Positions 44,979-55,296 of a stretch of 64,000 bases of DNA are shown piece by piece. Below the pieces are notes generated by a model. The model was not told the DNA's origin. It saw only the letters and a program-made list of their open reading frames with translations, and ran no database searches. This DNA is from an uncultured Chloroflexia bacterium (GTDB lineage: Bacteria; Chloroflexota; Limnocylindria; Limnocylindrales; CSP1-4): the NCBI GenBank assembly GCA_963728605.1, contig CAVSKS010000009.1, forward strand, positions 397,447 to 461,446, in the 5' to 3' direction. The first letter of the stretch is position 1; every line of letters begins with the position of its first letter. The position numbers were made by a program, and so were the translations under genes.

Positions 44979-46997
44979 TTGTCCATCCTTGCCAACCTGC
45001 GCGGGCCCGCAGACCTTCGCGGCCTGACCGACACCCAGCTGGCCAAGCTGGCGGTCGAGATCCGCGAGACCATCGTCGAGACGGTGGCCCTGACGGGAGG
45101 CCACCTCGGTTCGTCGCTGGGCGTTGTCGAGCTGACGATCGCGCTCCACCGGCTGCTCGAATCGCCGCGCGACAAGATCGTCTGGGACACCGGCCACCAG
45201 GCCTATCCGCACAAGCTGCTCACGGGCCGACTCGAGCGGTTCGGGACGCTTCGGCAGCTCGACGGGGTGGGTGGCTTCCCGCGGCGGAGCGAATCGCCCC
45301 ACGACGTCTTCGACGGCGGGCACGCCGGCACGGGCCTGTCGATCGCCGAGGGGCTGGCCACCGCCCGCGACCTGCGCCACGGGATGGAGCGCGTCGCGGT
45401 CGTCGTCGGCGACGCGGCGCTGATGAGCGGCCTCAGCCTGGAGGCGCTCAACGACATCGGCCACCGCAAGACGCAACTGCTGATCGTGCTCAACGACAAC
45501 GAGATGTCGATCAGCCCCACGGTCGGCGCGTTCTCGCACTACCTGTCGCAGATCAAGCTGTCGACCGCGTGGGACCGGAGCCGGACGGCGTACGACTCGC
45601 TGGTCCAGCGTCTGCCGTTCATCGGCCCGGCCGCCCTCGAGTGGAGCCGCCGGCTCCGGAAATCGGTCGTCAGCTTCGCCCAACCCGGCCAGCTGTTCGA
45701 GGACCTCGGGGTCACCTATATCGGACCGGTGTCAGGGCACGACCAGAAGGCGCTGCTCGAGACCTTCGGGCGGGCGCTGGAGCTCGAAGGGCCGGTGATC
45801 GTCCACGTCCGAACCCAGAAAGGCCGGGGCTACCAGCCCGCCGAGACCGATCAGATCAGCTTCCACGGCGCCGCCCTGCCGCCGATGGCTGTCGCCGCAA
45901 CGAACGGCGCGGGCGCCAGCAACGGCAAGGTCGAGCCACCACCGATGCCGACCGAATCGATGGCCGACGATGCCGCTCCGGCCGCCGTAGCCCCGCCGGT
46001 CAAGCACCCGAACTACACCGCCGTCTTCGTCGCCGAGCTGATCGAGCTCGCCCGCGAGGATCGCCGGATCGTGGGCATCACCGCGGGCATGCCGACCGGC
46101 ACCGGCCTGTCGAAGTTCGAAGCGGCCTACCCGAAGCGGTTCCTCGACGTCGGCATCGCCGAGCAACACGCGATGACCCTCGCCACCGGCCTGGCGATGG
46201 GCGGAATGCGCCCGGTCGTGGCGCTCTACTCGACGTTCCTCCAGCGGGCCTTCGACCAGACCGTCCACGACGTCTGCCAGAACGACCAGCCGGTGCTCAT
46301 CGCGGTCGATCGCGCGGGCCTGGTGGGGGAGGACGGGACCAGCCACCAGGGGATGTTCACCCTGCCCGCCCAGCGCCAATTGCCGAACCTGGTCATTGCC
46401 TCGCCCCGTGATGAGCAGGAGCTGCGGTCGCTGCTCCGGACGGCGCTCGCCCAGGATCACCCGTTCGCCCTCCACTACCCGCGTGACGCCGGATTCGGGC
46501 TGCCGCCGATCGAGCCGGCCGTCCTGCCCGTCGGCCGTGGCGAGGTGCTCCGCGAGGGCCGGGACTTGCTGTTCGTCGGCTTCGGGCCGATCGTCGCCCG
46601 CTCGCTCGAGGCCGCGGATGCGCTGGAGGCGGACGGCTGGTCGGTGGGCGTCATCAACGCCCGGTTCGCCAAGCCGCTGGACCGCCAGCTGATTCTCGAC
46701 CAGGCTCGCGGCAAGCGGTTGCTGGTGACGTTCGAGGAAAGCGTCGTCACGGGTGGGTTCGGCTCCGGGGTCCTCGAGCTGGTCGAGGAAGCACGGATGA
46801 CGGATCCGGCCTACCGCGACCTGCCGGTCCGGATCGTCGGGATCCCCGGCGACCGGTTCGTGGACCACGGTTCGGTGGGGGATTTGCGGCGGGTCCTGCG
46901 CCTCGACGCCGCCGGCTTGGCCGAGCAGGTCCGAGAAGCGATCGCGACGCTGCAGCTCCAGCCCAACGCGGAGGCGGAACGCGCCCCGACGGGCTAG
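44979..46997 (+). CDS. dxs: 1-deoxy-D-xylulose-5-phosphate synthase
   Basis: TTG start. GGHLGSSLGVVELTIALH, WDTGHQAYPHKLLTGR, GDAALMSG, IAEQHA. Confidence 0.95.
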   Translation: MSILANLRGPADLRGLTDTQLAKLAVEIRETIVETVALTGGHLGSSLGVVELTIALHRLLESPRDKIVWDTGHQAYPHKLLTGRLERFGTLRQLDGVGGFPRRSESPHDVFDGGHAGTGLSIAEGLATARDLRHGMERVAVVVGDAALMSGLSLEALNDIGHRKTQLLIVLNDNEMSISPTVGAFSHYLSQIKLSTAWDRSRTAYDSLVQRLPFIGPAALEWSRRLRKSVVSFAQPGQLFEDLGVTYIGPVSGHDQKALLETFGRALELEGPVIVHVRTQKGRGYQPAETDQISFHGAALPPMAVAATNGAGASNGKVEPPPMPTESMADDAAPAAVAPPVKHPNYTAVFVAELIELAREDRRIVGITAGMPTGTGLSKFEAAYPKRFLDVGIAEQHAMTLATGLAMGGMRPVVALYSTFLQRAFDQTVHDVCQNDQPVLIAVDRAGLVGEDGTSHQGMFTLPAQRQLPNLVIASPRDEQELRSLLRTALAQDHPFALHYPRDAGFGLPPIEPAVLPVGRGEVLREGRDLLFVGFGPIVARSLEAADALEADGWSVGVINARFAKPLDRQLILDQARGKRLLVTFEESVVTGGFGSGVLELVEEARMTDPAYRDLPVRIVGIPGDRFVDHGSVGDLRRVLRLDAAGLAEQVREAIATLQLQPNAEAERAPTG

Positions 46998-47085
46998 GAG
47001 TGCGCGGCATTGTGGCGCCGCACCGTGGTCGTCATCGGCTTGCCACGATACGCCGCACGAGCTTCGGCAGATCCCGCGGCCACTG

Positions 47086-47439
47086 CTATCGCGAGAACGG
47101 GACCATGCGGTCGAGCACGGTGGCGATCAGCGCCCCACCGGCGATTGCCGCCACCGCCAGCAGCGCCCCCTCCTGGGCGATCGAGGCGAACGTGTACAGC
47201 AGGCCGCCGGCGGCCAGACCCTGCGAGAGGACGACGAGCGGCAGCGCCCAGCGTGTGGGTCGCGACACGCCGATCGCGCCCGCGAGGGAACAGAGGCCGT
47301 AGGCGAGGATGGCCAGCGGCACGAGCGAGGTCCTCGCGGCCGAGGAGGCCATCAGCGGAATGCCCACCACCAGCCCGCCGAAGGCACCGGTGAGCAGCAA
47401 CCCCATCGCGACGGTGGCGGCGGTCGAGCGACTGGTCAT
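47086..47439 (-). CDS. small polytopic membrane protein (117 aa, ~4 TM)
   Basis: ATG at 47439 (minus strand). Hydrophobic segments VAMGLLLTGAFGGLVVGIPL, LAILAYGLCSLAGAIGV and others. Confidence 0.5.
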   Translation of the reverse strand: MTSRSTAATVAMGLLLTGAFGGLVVGIPLMASSAARTSLVPLAILAYGLCSLAGAIGVSRPTRWALPLVVLSQGLAAGGLLYTFASIAQEGALLAVAAIAGGALIATVLDRMVPFSR

Positions 47440-47508
47440 GCCGCTCACGTGGCAAGTCCTCCGGTTCCGGTTGAGTCGCGGTGAAGGCCGCTGTGCCACG
47501 ATAGCCCG

Positions 47509-48324
47509 GTGAGCCAAGGGACCAAACCGAAACCGTCCCGCCAGCGCCTCGACCAGCTCCTCGTCGACCGTGGCCTGGCCGATTCACGTACCCGCGCCCA
47601 GGCCCTCGTCATGGCCGGCAAGGTACGCGTCGGGGATGGGGACGCGGCCCGGACGGATCGGAAGGCGGGCGACCTCGTCGATCCGGGTGTGCCGGTCGAG
47701 GTCCGCGTGCCGGACCCCTACGTCTCGCGCGGCGGGCACAAGCTCGCCGCCGCGCTGGATGCCTTCGGAATCGATCCCGCGGGACGGGTGTGCCTGGATG
47801 CCGGCGCGTCGACCGGCGGCTTCACCGATGTCCTCCTGCAGCGCGGCGCGGCACGCGTGTATGCCGTCGATGTCGGTCGCGGGCAGCTGGCCGAGGCCCT
47901 GCGCCGGGATCCGCGCGTCGTCTCGATGGAGCGGACCAATGCCCGGCACCTGACCGTGGAATCGCTGCCTGAGGACGTCAGCCTGGCGGTCGTGGACGTC
48001 TCGTTCATCTCGCTCGGCCTCGTCCTCGCGCCGATCGCGGCGGCCTTCGGCTCGAACCCGGTCGAGATCGTGGCACTCGTCAAGCCGCAGTTCGAGGTCG
48101 GCAAGGGCGAGGCCAAGGGCGGCGTGGTGCGGGATCCGGAAGCCCATCGGTTGGTTCTCAGGCGGGTCGTTGCGAGTGCGTCCGCCGCCGGACTTGGGTC
48201 CCGGGACGTGATCGCCTCGCCGATCCTGGGCCCGGAGGGCAACCGGGAGTTCCTGCTCCACCTGGCCTCGGGGCCCGGCTGCGCGGACATCGACGAGCGG
48301 GTCGTGGCGGTGACGAGCCCATGA
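47509..48324 (+). CDS. tlyA: TlyA-family rRNA (cytidine-2'-O)-methyltransferase
   Basis: S4-like RLDQLLVDRGLADSRTRAQALVMAG, FtsJ-like LDAGASTGGFTDVLLQRGA, DVSFISL. Confidence 0.9.
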   Translation: MSQGTKPKPSRQRLDQLLVDRGLADSRTRAQALVMAGKVRVGDGDAARTDRKAGDLVDPGVPVEVRVPDPYVSRGGHKLAAALDAFGIDPAGRVCLDAGASTGGFTDVLLQRGAARVYAVDVGRGQLAEALRRDPRVVSMERTNARHLTVESLPEDVSLAVVDVSFISLGLVLAPIAAAFGSNPVEIVALVKPQFEVGKGEAKGGVVRDPEAHRLVLRRVVASASAAGLGSRDVIASPILGPEGNREFLLHLASGPGCADIDERVVAVTSP

Positions 48325-49166
48325 CCGCCAAGCGACTGGGTTTCGCCTACAACCCGACGAGCGAGGCCGCGGTCGAGCTCCGGGAGCGGGCCGCTGGCTG
48401 GTGCCGCCGCCGCGACGTGGACCACTGGGCCGCCCAGGCGGGCGACATCGACCAGCTGCTCGAACAGCTCCCCTCGACCGACATTCTCGTCGTCCTCGGC
48501 GGCGACGGCACGTTCCTGCGGGCCGCGCGGGCCTGTGCCCAGGTCGACGTCCCGCTGCTGGGGATCAACCTCGGCAAGGTGGGGTTCCTGTCGAAGGCCG
48601 AGGCCCACGAGCTCGAGGACGTCCTCGTCCAGCTGGTGGGCGCCGAGTACCGGATCGACGAGCGAATGGCGCTGGAGGGCCGGATCCTCACCGGTGGCCG
48701 CGGCACCGACAGCTGGCCCTACGTGGCGCTCAACGACGTGGTCATCGCCCGCGGCGCGCTCGCCCGGGTGTGCCGGCTGGATGTCTCGATCGGGCGTTCG
48801 CACCTGGCGACGTTCGTGGCCGATGGCCTGGTCGTGTCCAGCCCGACGGGCTCGACCGGTTACTCGTTCTCGGCCGGTGGCCCGATCGTCGACCCGATGT
48901 CCCGGAACCTGATCGTCACCCCGATCGCCGGCTACCTGTCGGCGATCCGTTCGGTCGTCGTGGGGCCAGACCAGACCGTCCGCTGCCGGGTGGTCGACGC
49001 GTACGAGGCGCTGGTCAGCATCGACGGCCGCGAGGACGTGCCAATCGCCGTGGGAGACGTGGTCGAGGTCCGGGCGATGGAGCGCCCGATCCGCTTGGTG
49101 GAGCCCCGCGGCTCGCAGCCCTTCTGGGACCTCGTCCGGCACAAGGTGGAGCTGCTGCCGTCGTGA
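48321..49166 (+). CDS. nadK: NAD kinase
   Basis: ATGA overlap with tlyA. VVLGGDGTFLRAAR, GINLGKVGFL, SSPTGSTGYSFSAGGPI. Confidence 0.9.
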   Translation: MTAKRLGFAYNPTSEAAVELRERAAGWCRRRDVDHWAAQAGDIDQLLEQLPSTDILVVLGGDGTFLRAARACAQVDVPLLGINLGKVGFLSKAEAHELEDVLVQLVGAEYRIDERMALEGRILTGGRGTDSWPYVALNDVVIARGALARVCRLDVSIGRSHLATFVADGLVVSSPTGSTGYSFSAGGPIVDPMSRNLIVTPIAGYLSAIRSVVVGPDQTVRCRVVDAYEALVSIDGREDVPIAVGDVVEVRAMERPIRLVEPRGSQPFWDLVRHKVELLPS

Positions 49167-50887
49167 GCGGAGCGGTCGACGGCGCGGGCCGGCCGGGACG
49201 GCTGCTCGAGCTCACGGTCACGGACCTCGCGCTGATCGATCGCCTGCGCGTCGAGCTCGACGCGGGCCTCAACGTACTGACCGGCGAGACCGGCGCGGGC
49301 AAGAGCCTCCTGATCGATGCCCTGGGCCTTGCGCTGGGCGCGCGCGCGGACACGTCCCTGGTCCGGCACGGGGCGGAGGTCGCGCGCGTGGAGGCGCTCT
49401 TCGACCGGCTGCCGGAGCCGCTCATTGCCGTCCGCGAGGTGTCCGCGACCGGCCGGTCCGTCGCTCGCCTGGACGACGAGGCGGCGACGGCCGCCCGCCT
49501 GGCCGACGCCGTCGGATCGCTGGTCGAGGTCCACGGCCAGCACGAGCAGCAGCGGCTGCTCGACGAGCGCTGGCAGCGCGACCTGCTCGATGCCTTCGGC
49601 GGCCATGCTGCCGAACGGGCACGGGTCGAGGAGACCGTCGAGCGCTGGCGTTCAAATCGGGCGGCGCTGCGCGAGCTTGCGATCGACCCGCGGGACCTCG
49701 CCCGAAGGCTGGAGCTCCTCGAGCACGAGGGAACCGAGATCGCCGCCGGCCGGCTCCGCCCGGGTGAGGCCGCAGAGCTCAAGGCCCGGCTCAGTGCCAC
49801 GCAGCACGGCGAGGCGATTGCCCGTGGCACGACCGCGCTCACCGGGGCCTTGACCGAGGAGGGGAGCGGCGCGCGCGAGGCGGCTGCGTCGGCCCTGACC
49901 GAAGCCCGGGCGCTGGCCCGGATCGATCCACGCTTCGAGCCCCTCGCCGAACGCCTCGCCGGCCTCGACGCCGAGCTTGCCGACATCGCGTCGGAGGCCC
50001 GAACGCTGGCCGATGGCATCGATCACGACCCCGCGGCGGTGGCCCAGCTCGAGGAGCGCCTGTCGACGATCTACGCACTGCTCCGCCGCTACGGCGACGA
50101 CGAGGCGGAGGTCATCGCCCACGGCGAGCGGGCGGCCGCGGAGGTGGAGCGGTTGCGGGGCCTGGACGGCGAGCGCGACCGGCGGGCGAACGAGGATGCC
50201 CGGCTCCTCGTCGAGGTTGCGGTGGCGGCGGCGGCGCTGTCGGCGCGCCGCCGGGAGGCCGCCCTCGCGCTCGACGCGGACGTTGGGGCGGTCCTCGTCG
50301 ATCTCGGCTTCCCGGCTGGCGTGTTCGCGGTCAGCCTCGGAAGGAAGCCGGCTGCCAAGGACGATCCAGCGGTCGAGATCGACGGTGATGCGGTCGCGTT
50401 CGACGGGGCCGGGATCGACCAGGTCGTGTTCCAGCTGGCGCCCAACCCGGGCGAGCCGCCGCGACCCCTCGCCCGGATCGCCTCAGGCGGCGAGCTGTCG
50501 CGGGTCGCCCTGGCGATCAAGCAGGTCCTGGCCGAGGCGGACGACACGCCGGCCCTGGTGTTCGACGAGATCGACACCGGCATCGGTGGCCGGAGCGCCG
50601 ATCCGGTGGGGAGATCGCTGTGGGTCCTCGCGAGACGGCACCAGGTGCTGTGCGTCACCCACCTGCCGCAGATCGCGGCCCACGCCGACGCCCATTTTCA
50701 GATCACGAAGCGGGACCGCGGCGGCCGGACCGTCACCGAGGTCCACCGGCTCGACCGGGAGGGCCGGATCGTCGAGCTGGCCCACATGCTGGGCGGCGCG
50801 GGGACAGGCACGACGACCCTCGCCTCGGCCCGCGAGCTCCTCGACCGCGCCGAGGCCTGGCGGGGCGAGCTCCTCACCTCGAGCTGA
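49163..50887 (+). CDS. recN: DNA repair protein RecN
   Basis: GTGA overlap with nadK. LTGETGAGKSLLIDAL, coiled-coil middle, SGGELSRVALAIK, VFDEIDTGIGG. Confidence 0.9.
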   Translation: MSGAVDGAGRPGRLLELTVTDLALIDRLRVELDAGLNVLTGETGAGKSLLIDALGLALGARADTSLVRHGAEVARVEALFDRLPEPLIAVREVSATGRSVARLDDEAATAARLADAVGSLVEVHGQHEQQRLLDERWQRDLLDAFGGHAAERARVEETVERWRSNRAALRELAIDPRDLARRLELLEHEGTEIAAGRLRPGEAAELKARLSATQHGEAIARGTTALTGALTEEGSGAREAAASALTEARALARIDPRFEPLAERLAGLDAELADIASEARTLADGIDHDPAAVAQLEERLSTIYALLRRYGDDEAEVIAHGERAAAEVERLRGLDGERDRRANEDARLLVEVAVAAAALSARRREAALALDADVGAVLVDLGFPAGVFAVSLGRKPAAKDDPAVEIDGDAVAFDGAGIDQVVFQLAPNPGEPPRPLARIASGGELSRVALAIKQVLAEADDTPALVFDEIDTGIGGRSADPVGRSLWVLARRHQVLCVTHLPQIAAHADAHFQITKRDRGGRTVTEVHRLDREGRIVELAHMLGGAGTGTTTLASARELLDRAEAWRGELLTSS

Positions 50888-50889
50888 TC

Positions 50890-51855
50890 GTGGCCCCGGT
50901 GCCGCCGGTCGCGACCGAGGACGGGCTGCCGAAGGCGATCGAGGACTACCTGGTTCATCTCCGCGTGGAGCGGGGGCTGTCGCCGGCGACGATCGCGGCC
51001 TACGGCAACGACCTGCGCGACTTCGCCCGAGCAGTGGCGGCCGGACCCACGGCGCGAGCGTGGGCCAGGTCCGTGGATCCGGCGGTGTCCTACCTGGGCT
51101 CGCGCAAGCGCCGCGGGCTGGCGGGCGCGCCGGAACTGGCCCCGACGAGCCTCCGGCGGCGGGCCGCCTCGATCCGGGGCTTCTACCGGTTCGCGTTCGG
51201 CGAGGGATTGATCGAGCTCGACGTCGCATCACGGCTGGATCTGCCGCGCCAGCCCCGGCTGCTGCCCGACCCGCTGACGCAGGACGAGGTCGTCCGCCTC
51301 ATCGAGTCCGCCGCGGGACCCGCGGACCGGCCGGCGGCGGCCCTCCGGGCGCGGGCCCTCCTGGAGCTGCTCTACGCGGCGGGGCTTCGGATCACCGAGG
51401 CACTGGGACTCGACCGCGAGGATCTGTCCCTCGACGGAGCATTCGTTCGGGTCATCGGCAAGGGCGACCGCGAGCGGCTGGTACCGATCGGCGACGAGGC
51501 GATCGACTGGCTCCGGCGCTGGCTGGACGAGGGCCGGCCGGAGCTCCTCGACCGGTCGCACGTGGCGCCGGTGCGCGGCGGACCGCTGTTCCTGGGCGAT
51601 CGCGGCGGCCGGCTGGCCCGCCAGCAGGCCTGGTCGGTCGTTCGGGCGGCTGCGACCCGGGCCGGAATCGCCTCCCGGGTGACGCCCCACACGCTCCGCC
51701 ACTCCTTTGCCACCCATCTCCTGGAGGGCGGGGCGGACCTGCGGATCGTCCAGGAGTTGCTCGGCCATGCGAGTATCTCCACGACCCAGCTCTACACGCA
51801 CCTGACGGGGGAGCGGATCCGAGCGGTCTATGCCCGCGCCCACCCGCGGGCCTGA
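50890..51855 (+). CDS. xerD: site-specific tyrosine recombinase XerD/XerC
   Basis: IEDYLVHLRVERGLSPATIAAYGNDLRDF, RITEALGL, HTLRHSFATHLLEGGADLRIVQELLGHASISTTQLYTH. CTG 50884 (CTGA overlap with the recN stop) is an alternative start. Confidence 0.85.
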   Translation: MAPVPPVATEDGLPKAIEDYLVHLRVERGLSPATIAAYGNDLRDFARAVAAGPTARAWARSVDPAVSYLGSRKRRGLAGAPELAPTSLRRRAASIRGFYRFAFGEGLIELDVASRLDLPRQPRLLPDPLTQDEVVRLIESAAGPADRPAAALRARALLELLYAAGLRITEALGLDREDLSLDGAFVRVIGKGDRERLVPIGDEAIDWLRRWLDEGRPELLDRSHVAPVRGGPLFLGDRGGRLARQQAWSVVRAAATRAGIASRVTPHTLRHSFATHLLEGGADLRIVQELLGHASISTTQLYTHLTGERIRAVYARAHPRA

Positions 51856-51873
51856 GGGAGGTCGAGTCGAGGC

Positions 51874-52587
51874 ATGCCACGCTACGCCGATACGCTGCTG
51901 GCCGAGGGCGAGGTCGTCGTCCTTCGCACCCGCCAGCACCCACTGGCCACGGTCATCGACGCCAAGTACCCGTGGCTGCTCCTGATCGCCAGCCTCGTCC
52001 TGCTGTTCCTGAGCCAGAACCTGCAGGCCGGTCCGCTCCGCGACATCGCCGGCTACGCGACCTTGGCTGCGCTCGTCATCTCGCTGCTGTGGCTGGGCAA
52101 GATCTACTGGGCCTGGCTGTCGCAGGACTACATCATCAGCAACCGCCGGGTGATCAAGGTCGAGGGGATCATCAACAAGCGCTCGGCCGACAGCTCGCTC
52201 GAGAAGATCAACGACGCGGTCCTGACCCAGGACCTGGTCGGCCGAATCTTCAATTACGGCGACCTGGACATCCTGACCGCGGCGGACGTCGCGGTCGACC
52301 AGTACCGGATGCTCAACCGGGCGCCGGAATTCAAGCGCCAGATGCTCAACCAGAAGCACGACCTCGAGGGCGAGTTCAGCCGGCCGATGCCGTCGCCGCC
52401 GCTCCGGGCAGGCGGCGTGGCCATGCCGCCCCCGCCACCCGCGCAGCCGGCCCCGCCGCCGGCCCGCGAGATGAGCGCGGACGAGGTGACCCGGGCCCTC
52501 GCCGGCCTCGCCGACCTGCGCGACCGCGGGGCGATCAGCGTCGAGGAGTACGAGGCCAAGAAGGCCGACCTGCTCGCCCGCCTCTGA
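51874..52587 (+). CDS. membrane bPH_2 (YdbS/YdbT-like PH) domain protein with Pro-rich linker and C-terminal SHOCT domain
   Basis: Two TM helices. ISNRRVIKVEGIINKRSADSSLEKINDAV..GDLDI. C-terminal LADLRDRGAISVEEYEAKKADLLARL. Confidence 0.7.
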   Translation: MPRYADTLLAEGEVVVLRTRQHPLATVIDAKYPWLLLIASLVLLFLSQNLQAGPLRDIAGYATLAALVISLLWLGKIYWAWLSQDYIISNRRVIKVEGIINKRSADSSLEKINDAVLTQDLVGRIFNYGDLDILTAADVAVDQYRMLNRAPEFKRQMLNQKHDLEGEFSRPMPSPPLRAGGVAMPPPPPAQPAPPPAREMSADEVTRALAGLADLRDRGAISVEEYEAKKADLLARL

Positions 52588-52657
52588 CCCGCGGCTGGTG
52601 CCCGGCTAGGATTAGGACCGTCCCTGTCCGGCCCTCAACCCGAGCGCGGAGTCCCGC

Positions 52658-53308
52658 TTGCTGCTGTTCGGTGAACCGTCCGTCGAGCTGATCATCGCCA
52701 TCGCGATGCTGTTCCTGATCTCGTTGCCGTTCCACGAGTTCAGCCATGCGCTCGCGGCCTATCGCCTGGGCGACGACACGGCGGCTGCGCTTGGCCGCCT
52801 GACCCTCAACCCGATCGCCCATTTCGATCCGATCGGCGGCCTGCTGATCCTGATCTCCGGGTTCGGCTGGGCCAAGCCGACGCCCTACAACCCGTTCCGG
52901 GTCCGCGGCGGCCGAAGCGGCGAGGCGATCATCGCGTTTGCCGGTCCGGCCTCGAACCTGGTCCTGGCCGTCGCGGCAGCGATCCCGCTGCGCTACATCC
53001 TTTCGTCCGGCATCGAGGTCCCGGTGATCGTCGCGACCACCCTGCTGCTGTTCATCCAGCTCAACATCGGGCTGATGATCTTCAACCTGATCCCGGCCGT
53101 GCCGCTCGACGGGTCCAAAGTGTTGTTCGCATTCCTGGACCCGGAGACCGAGCGCCGAGTACGGCCGGTCCTGGAGCAGTACGGCCTACTGATTCTGATC
53201 GGGTTGATGTTCCTGCCGATCCTGCCGGGCGGGGAAACGGTGATCGACCTCGTGTTCCGCGAGATCGCCTTTCCGCTGATGGACTTCCTCATCGGTCGGC
53301 GGGTCTAG
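52658..53308 (+). CDS. site-2 protease family (peptidase M50) membrane metalloprotease
   Basis: HEFSHALAAYRLGD (HExxH), NPIAHFDPIG, NLIPAVPLDGSKV. TTG start after GGAG. Confidence 0.8.
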   Translation: MLLFGEPSVELIIAIAMLFLISLPFHEFSHALAAYRLGDDTAAALGRLTLNPIAHFDPIGGLLILISGFGWAKPTPYNPFRVRGGRSGEAIIAFAGPASNLVLAVAAAIPLRYILSSGIEVPVIVATTLLLFIQLNIGLMIFNLIPAVPLDGSKVLFAFLDPETERRVRPVLEQYGLLILIGLMFLPILPGGETVIDLVFREIAFPLMDFLIGRRV

Positions 53309-53309
53309 G

Positions 53310-53819
53310 GTGGCGGCGAAGGCGAGCGGCGTGGGCTGGTGGGCGGGCAAGATCCGCCAGTTCAGCGGTCACCTCCGGGCCCGCGTCGCGCGTGGGGAGC
53401 GCGACGGGCTCAGCGCCTGGCTGACGCCGGCCCAGCTGGCCGCCTTCGACACGATGCACGTCGCCGATCGGCGGCACGGCCTCGACGTCGTCGCCGCGCT
53501 ACGGGCCGACGGCGTTCGCGAGCCGGATGTCCTCGTCGCCGGGCTGCTCCACGATGCCGGCAAGGGACGAATCGGCGTCCTGCCGCGGGTCGCGTTCTCG
53601 CTGGGCCAGGCGTACGGCGCCTGGGTCTGGCGCCTGGCGTCGGTCTTGCCGGGGTTCGGCGTGGCGATCGACCGGCTGCGCGACCACCCCGAGCAATCGG
53701 CGGCGATCGCCGCGGCCGCCGGCTGCAGCGAACGGACGGTGGACCTGATCCGGCACCAGGACCGCCCGCTCGACCCGCAGTTCGGCGAGCTCCTCCGCCT
53801 CGCGGACGAGGCCAACTGA
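53310..53819 (+). CDS. HD-domain phosphohydrolase-like protein
   Basis: ADRRHGLDV...LLHDAGK. GTG start 1 nt after the M50 stop. Confidence 0.65.
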   Translation: MAAKASGVGWWAGKIRQFSGHLRARVARGERDGLSAWLTPAQLAAFDTMHVADRRHGLDVVAALRADGVREPDVLVAGLLHDAGKGRIGVLPRVAFSLGQAYGAWVWRLASVLPGFGVAIDRLRDHPEQSAAIAAAAGCSERTVDLIRHQDRPLDPQFGELLRLADEAN

Positions 53820-54658
53820 TGGCCGTCGCTCCGGAGGTCCTGTTCGGCGACGGCCGGCGGCCAGAGTCCGCCACGCACGTCCGGCTGGAGTCGTTCGACG
53901 GGCCCCTCGCCCTCCTGCTGTCGCTGATCGAGGCCCGCCAGCTCGACGTCCTGACCGTGCCGCTGGGCGCCCTCGCCGACGCATACCTTGACGCGCTCGC
54001 CCAGCTCGACGACGACCGGATCGGCAACGTCAGCGCCTTCGTGGCGGTGGCGAGCCAGCTGATCCTGATCAAGAGCCGCGCCATGCTCCCGCGGGCGCCG
54101 GTCGCCGCACCCGGCCAGCTGCCCGACGAAGGCACCGACCCCGAGGCCGAGTTGCGTGCCCGTCTCCTCCTCTACCGCGCCCACCGCGACGCCGGCGCCC
54201 GGCTCCAGGAGCTGGCGATCGAACGGATCGGGTCGTTCCGGCGGGAGCCCTCGGCCGCCCACGCCGCGGGCCTCGCGGGCGCCCGGCCGGCGGACCCGAC
54301 GCCGCTCGATCCCGGGCTGCTGCCCGCCGCCCTCGACGGCCTGGTCCGCCTGGCACCGCCGCCCGAGCCGCCACCGGAGGTCGTTCCCCGCAGCATCACC
54401 CTGACCGAGCGCGCCGCCGCGATCCGGGCCGCCCTCCGCGACGCCGACGCGATCGTGCTTCAGGAACTGCTCCACGGTGTCCGTGACCGGGTCGTCGTCG
54501 CGGTCACCTTCCTCGCCCTCCTCGAGCTCGTGAAGCGGCGCGAGATCGTCGTCGAGCAGGCCGAGCCGTGGGGCCCGATCGTGGCTCGCCGGGCGGGGTC
54601 ACCGGCGGCAGTCTCCCCGGCGGAGCCGATCGACGAATCGCTCGAGTCCTTCTCATGA
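53819..54658 (+). CDS. scpA: segregation and condensation protein A
   Basis: TGATG overlap. FDGPLALLLSLIEARQLDVLTVPLGALADAYL, SQLILIKSRAMLP, FLALLELVK. Confidence 0.9.
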   Translation: MAVAPEVLFGDGRRPESATHVRLESFDGPLALLLSLIEARQLDVLTVPLGALADAYLDALAQLDDDRIGNVSAFVAVASQLILIKSRAMLPRAPVAAPGQLPDEGTDPEAELRARLLLYRAHRDAGARLQELAIERIGSFRREPSAAHAAGLAGARPADPTPLDPGLLPAALDGLVRLAPPPEPPPEVVPRSITLTERAAAIRAALRDADAIVLQELLHGVRDRVVVAVTFLALLELVKRREIVVEQAEPWGPIVARRAGSPAAVSPAEPIDESLESFS

Positions 54659-55296
54659 CCGACGAACTGGCCGGCAACGGCCACGCCGAACTGGAGCCGG
54701 CGGAAACGCCTGAGCCCATCGAACTGACCGAGGCCGCGCTCGAGGCGCTCCTGTTCGTGGCCGAGCGACCACTTGCCCGGCGCGAGATCGCCGCGATCGC
54801 CGGTGTCGAACGCGCAGATGTTGACGCGCGCCTTGGTGACCTGGAGGTCAGCCTCCGGGAGCGCGGCATCCGGCTGGTGATCGCCGGCGATCGGGTCGAG
54901 CTGGCCACTGCGCCGGAGGCCGGCCGGCTGGTGGCCCGCTACGTTGGGGCCGACGCGGTCCGCCTCTCCCCGGCATCGCTCGAGACACTCGCCATCGTGG
55001 CCTACCGCCAGCCGGTGACCAAGGCCGCGGTCGAGCGGATCCGCGGCGTCGACTCGGACTACACCATTCGGAGCCTCTTGCATCGCCGGCTGGTGGTCGA
55101 GCTCGGGCGGGCGGAGACGCCGGGCCGGCCGTTCCTCTACGGCACGGGCTTCGACTTCCTCGAGCGGTTCGGTCTTGCCAGCCTCGACGATCTCCCGCCA
55201 CTCGACGTCCACGTGGCCGCCCGGCTGGCCGAGGAGGGCGCCGACGCCCTCGCGATGGAGGAGTCGCCTGGCGACCTGGAGCCGTCGGCCGGCTGA
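54655..55296 (+). CDS. scpB: segregation and condensation protein B
   Basis: ATGA overlap. EALLFVAERPL, ETLAIVAYRQPVTKAAVERIRGVDSDYTIRSLLHRRLV, GRPFLYGTGFDFLERFGL. Confidence 0.9.
   Translation: MTDELAGNGHAELEPAETPEPIELTEAALEALLFVAERPLARREIAAIAGVERADVDARLGDLEVSLRERGIRLVIAGDRVELATAPEAGRLVARYVGADAVRLSPASLETLAIVAYRQPVTKAAVERIRGVDSDYTIRSLLHRRLVVELGRAETPGRPFLYGTGFDFLERFGLASLDDLPPLDVHVAARLAEEGADALAMEESPGDLEPSAG

Noticed and set aside
50890-51855. Tyrosine recombinase as a marker of an integrated mobile element
   Set aside because: It sits in the conserved recN-xerD housekeeping context and has the XerC/D-type N-terminal SAM-like domain. There are no flanking att-like repeats, tRNA or phage/IS genes.
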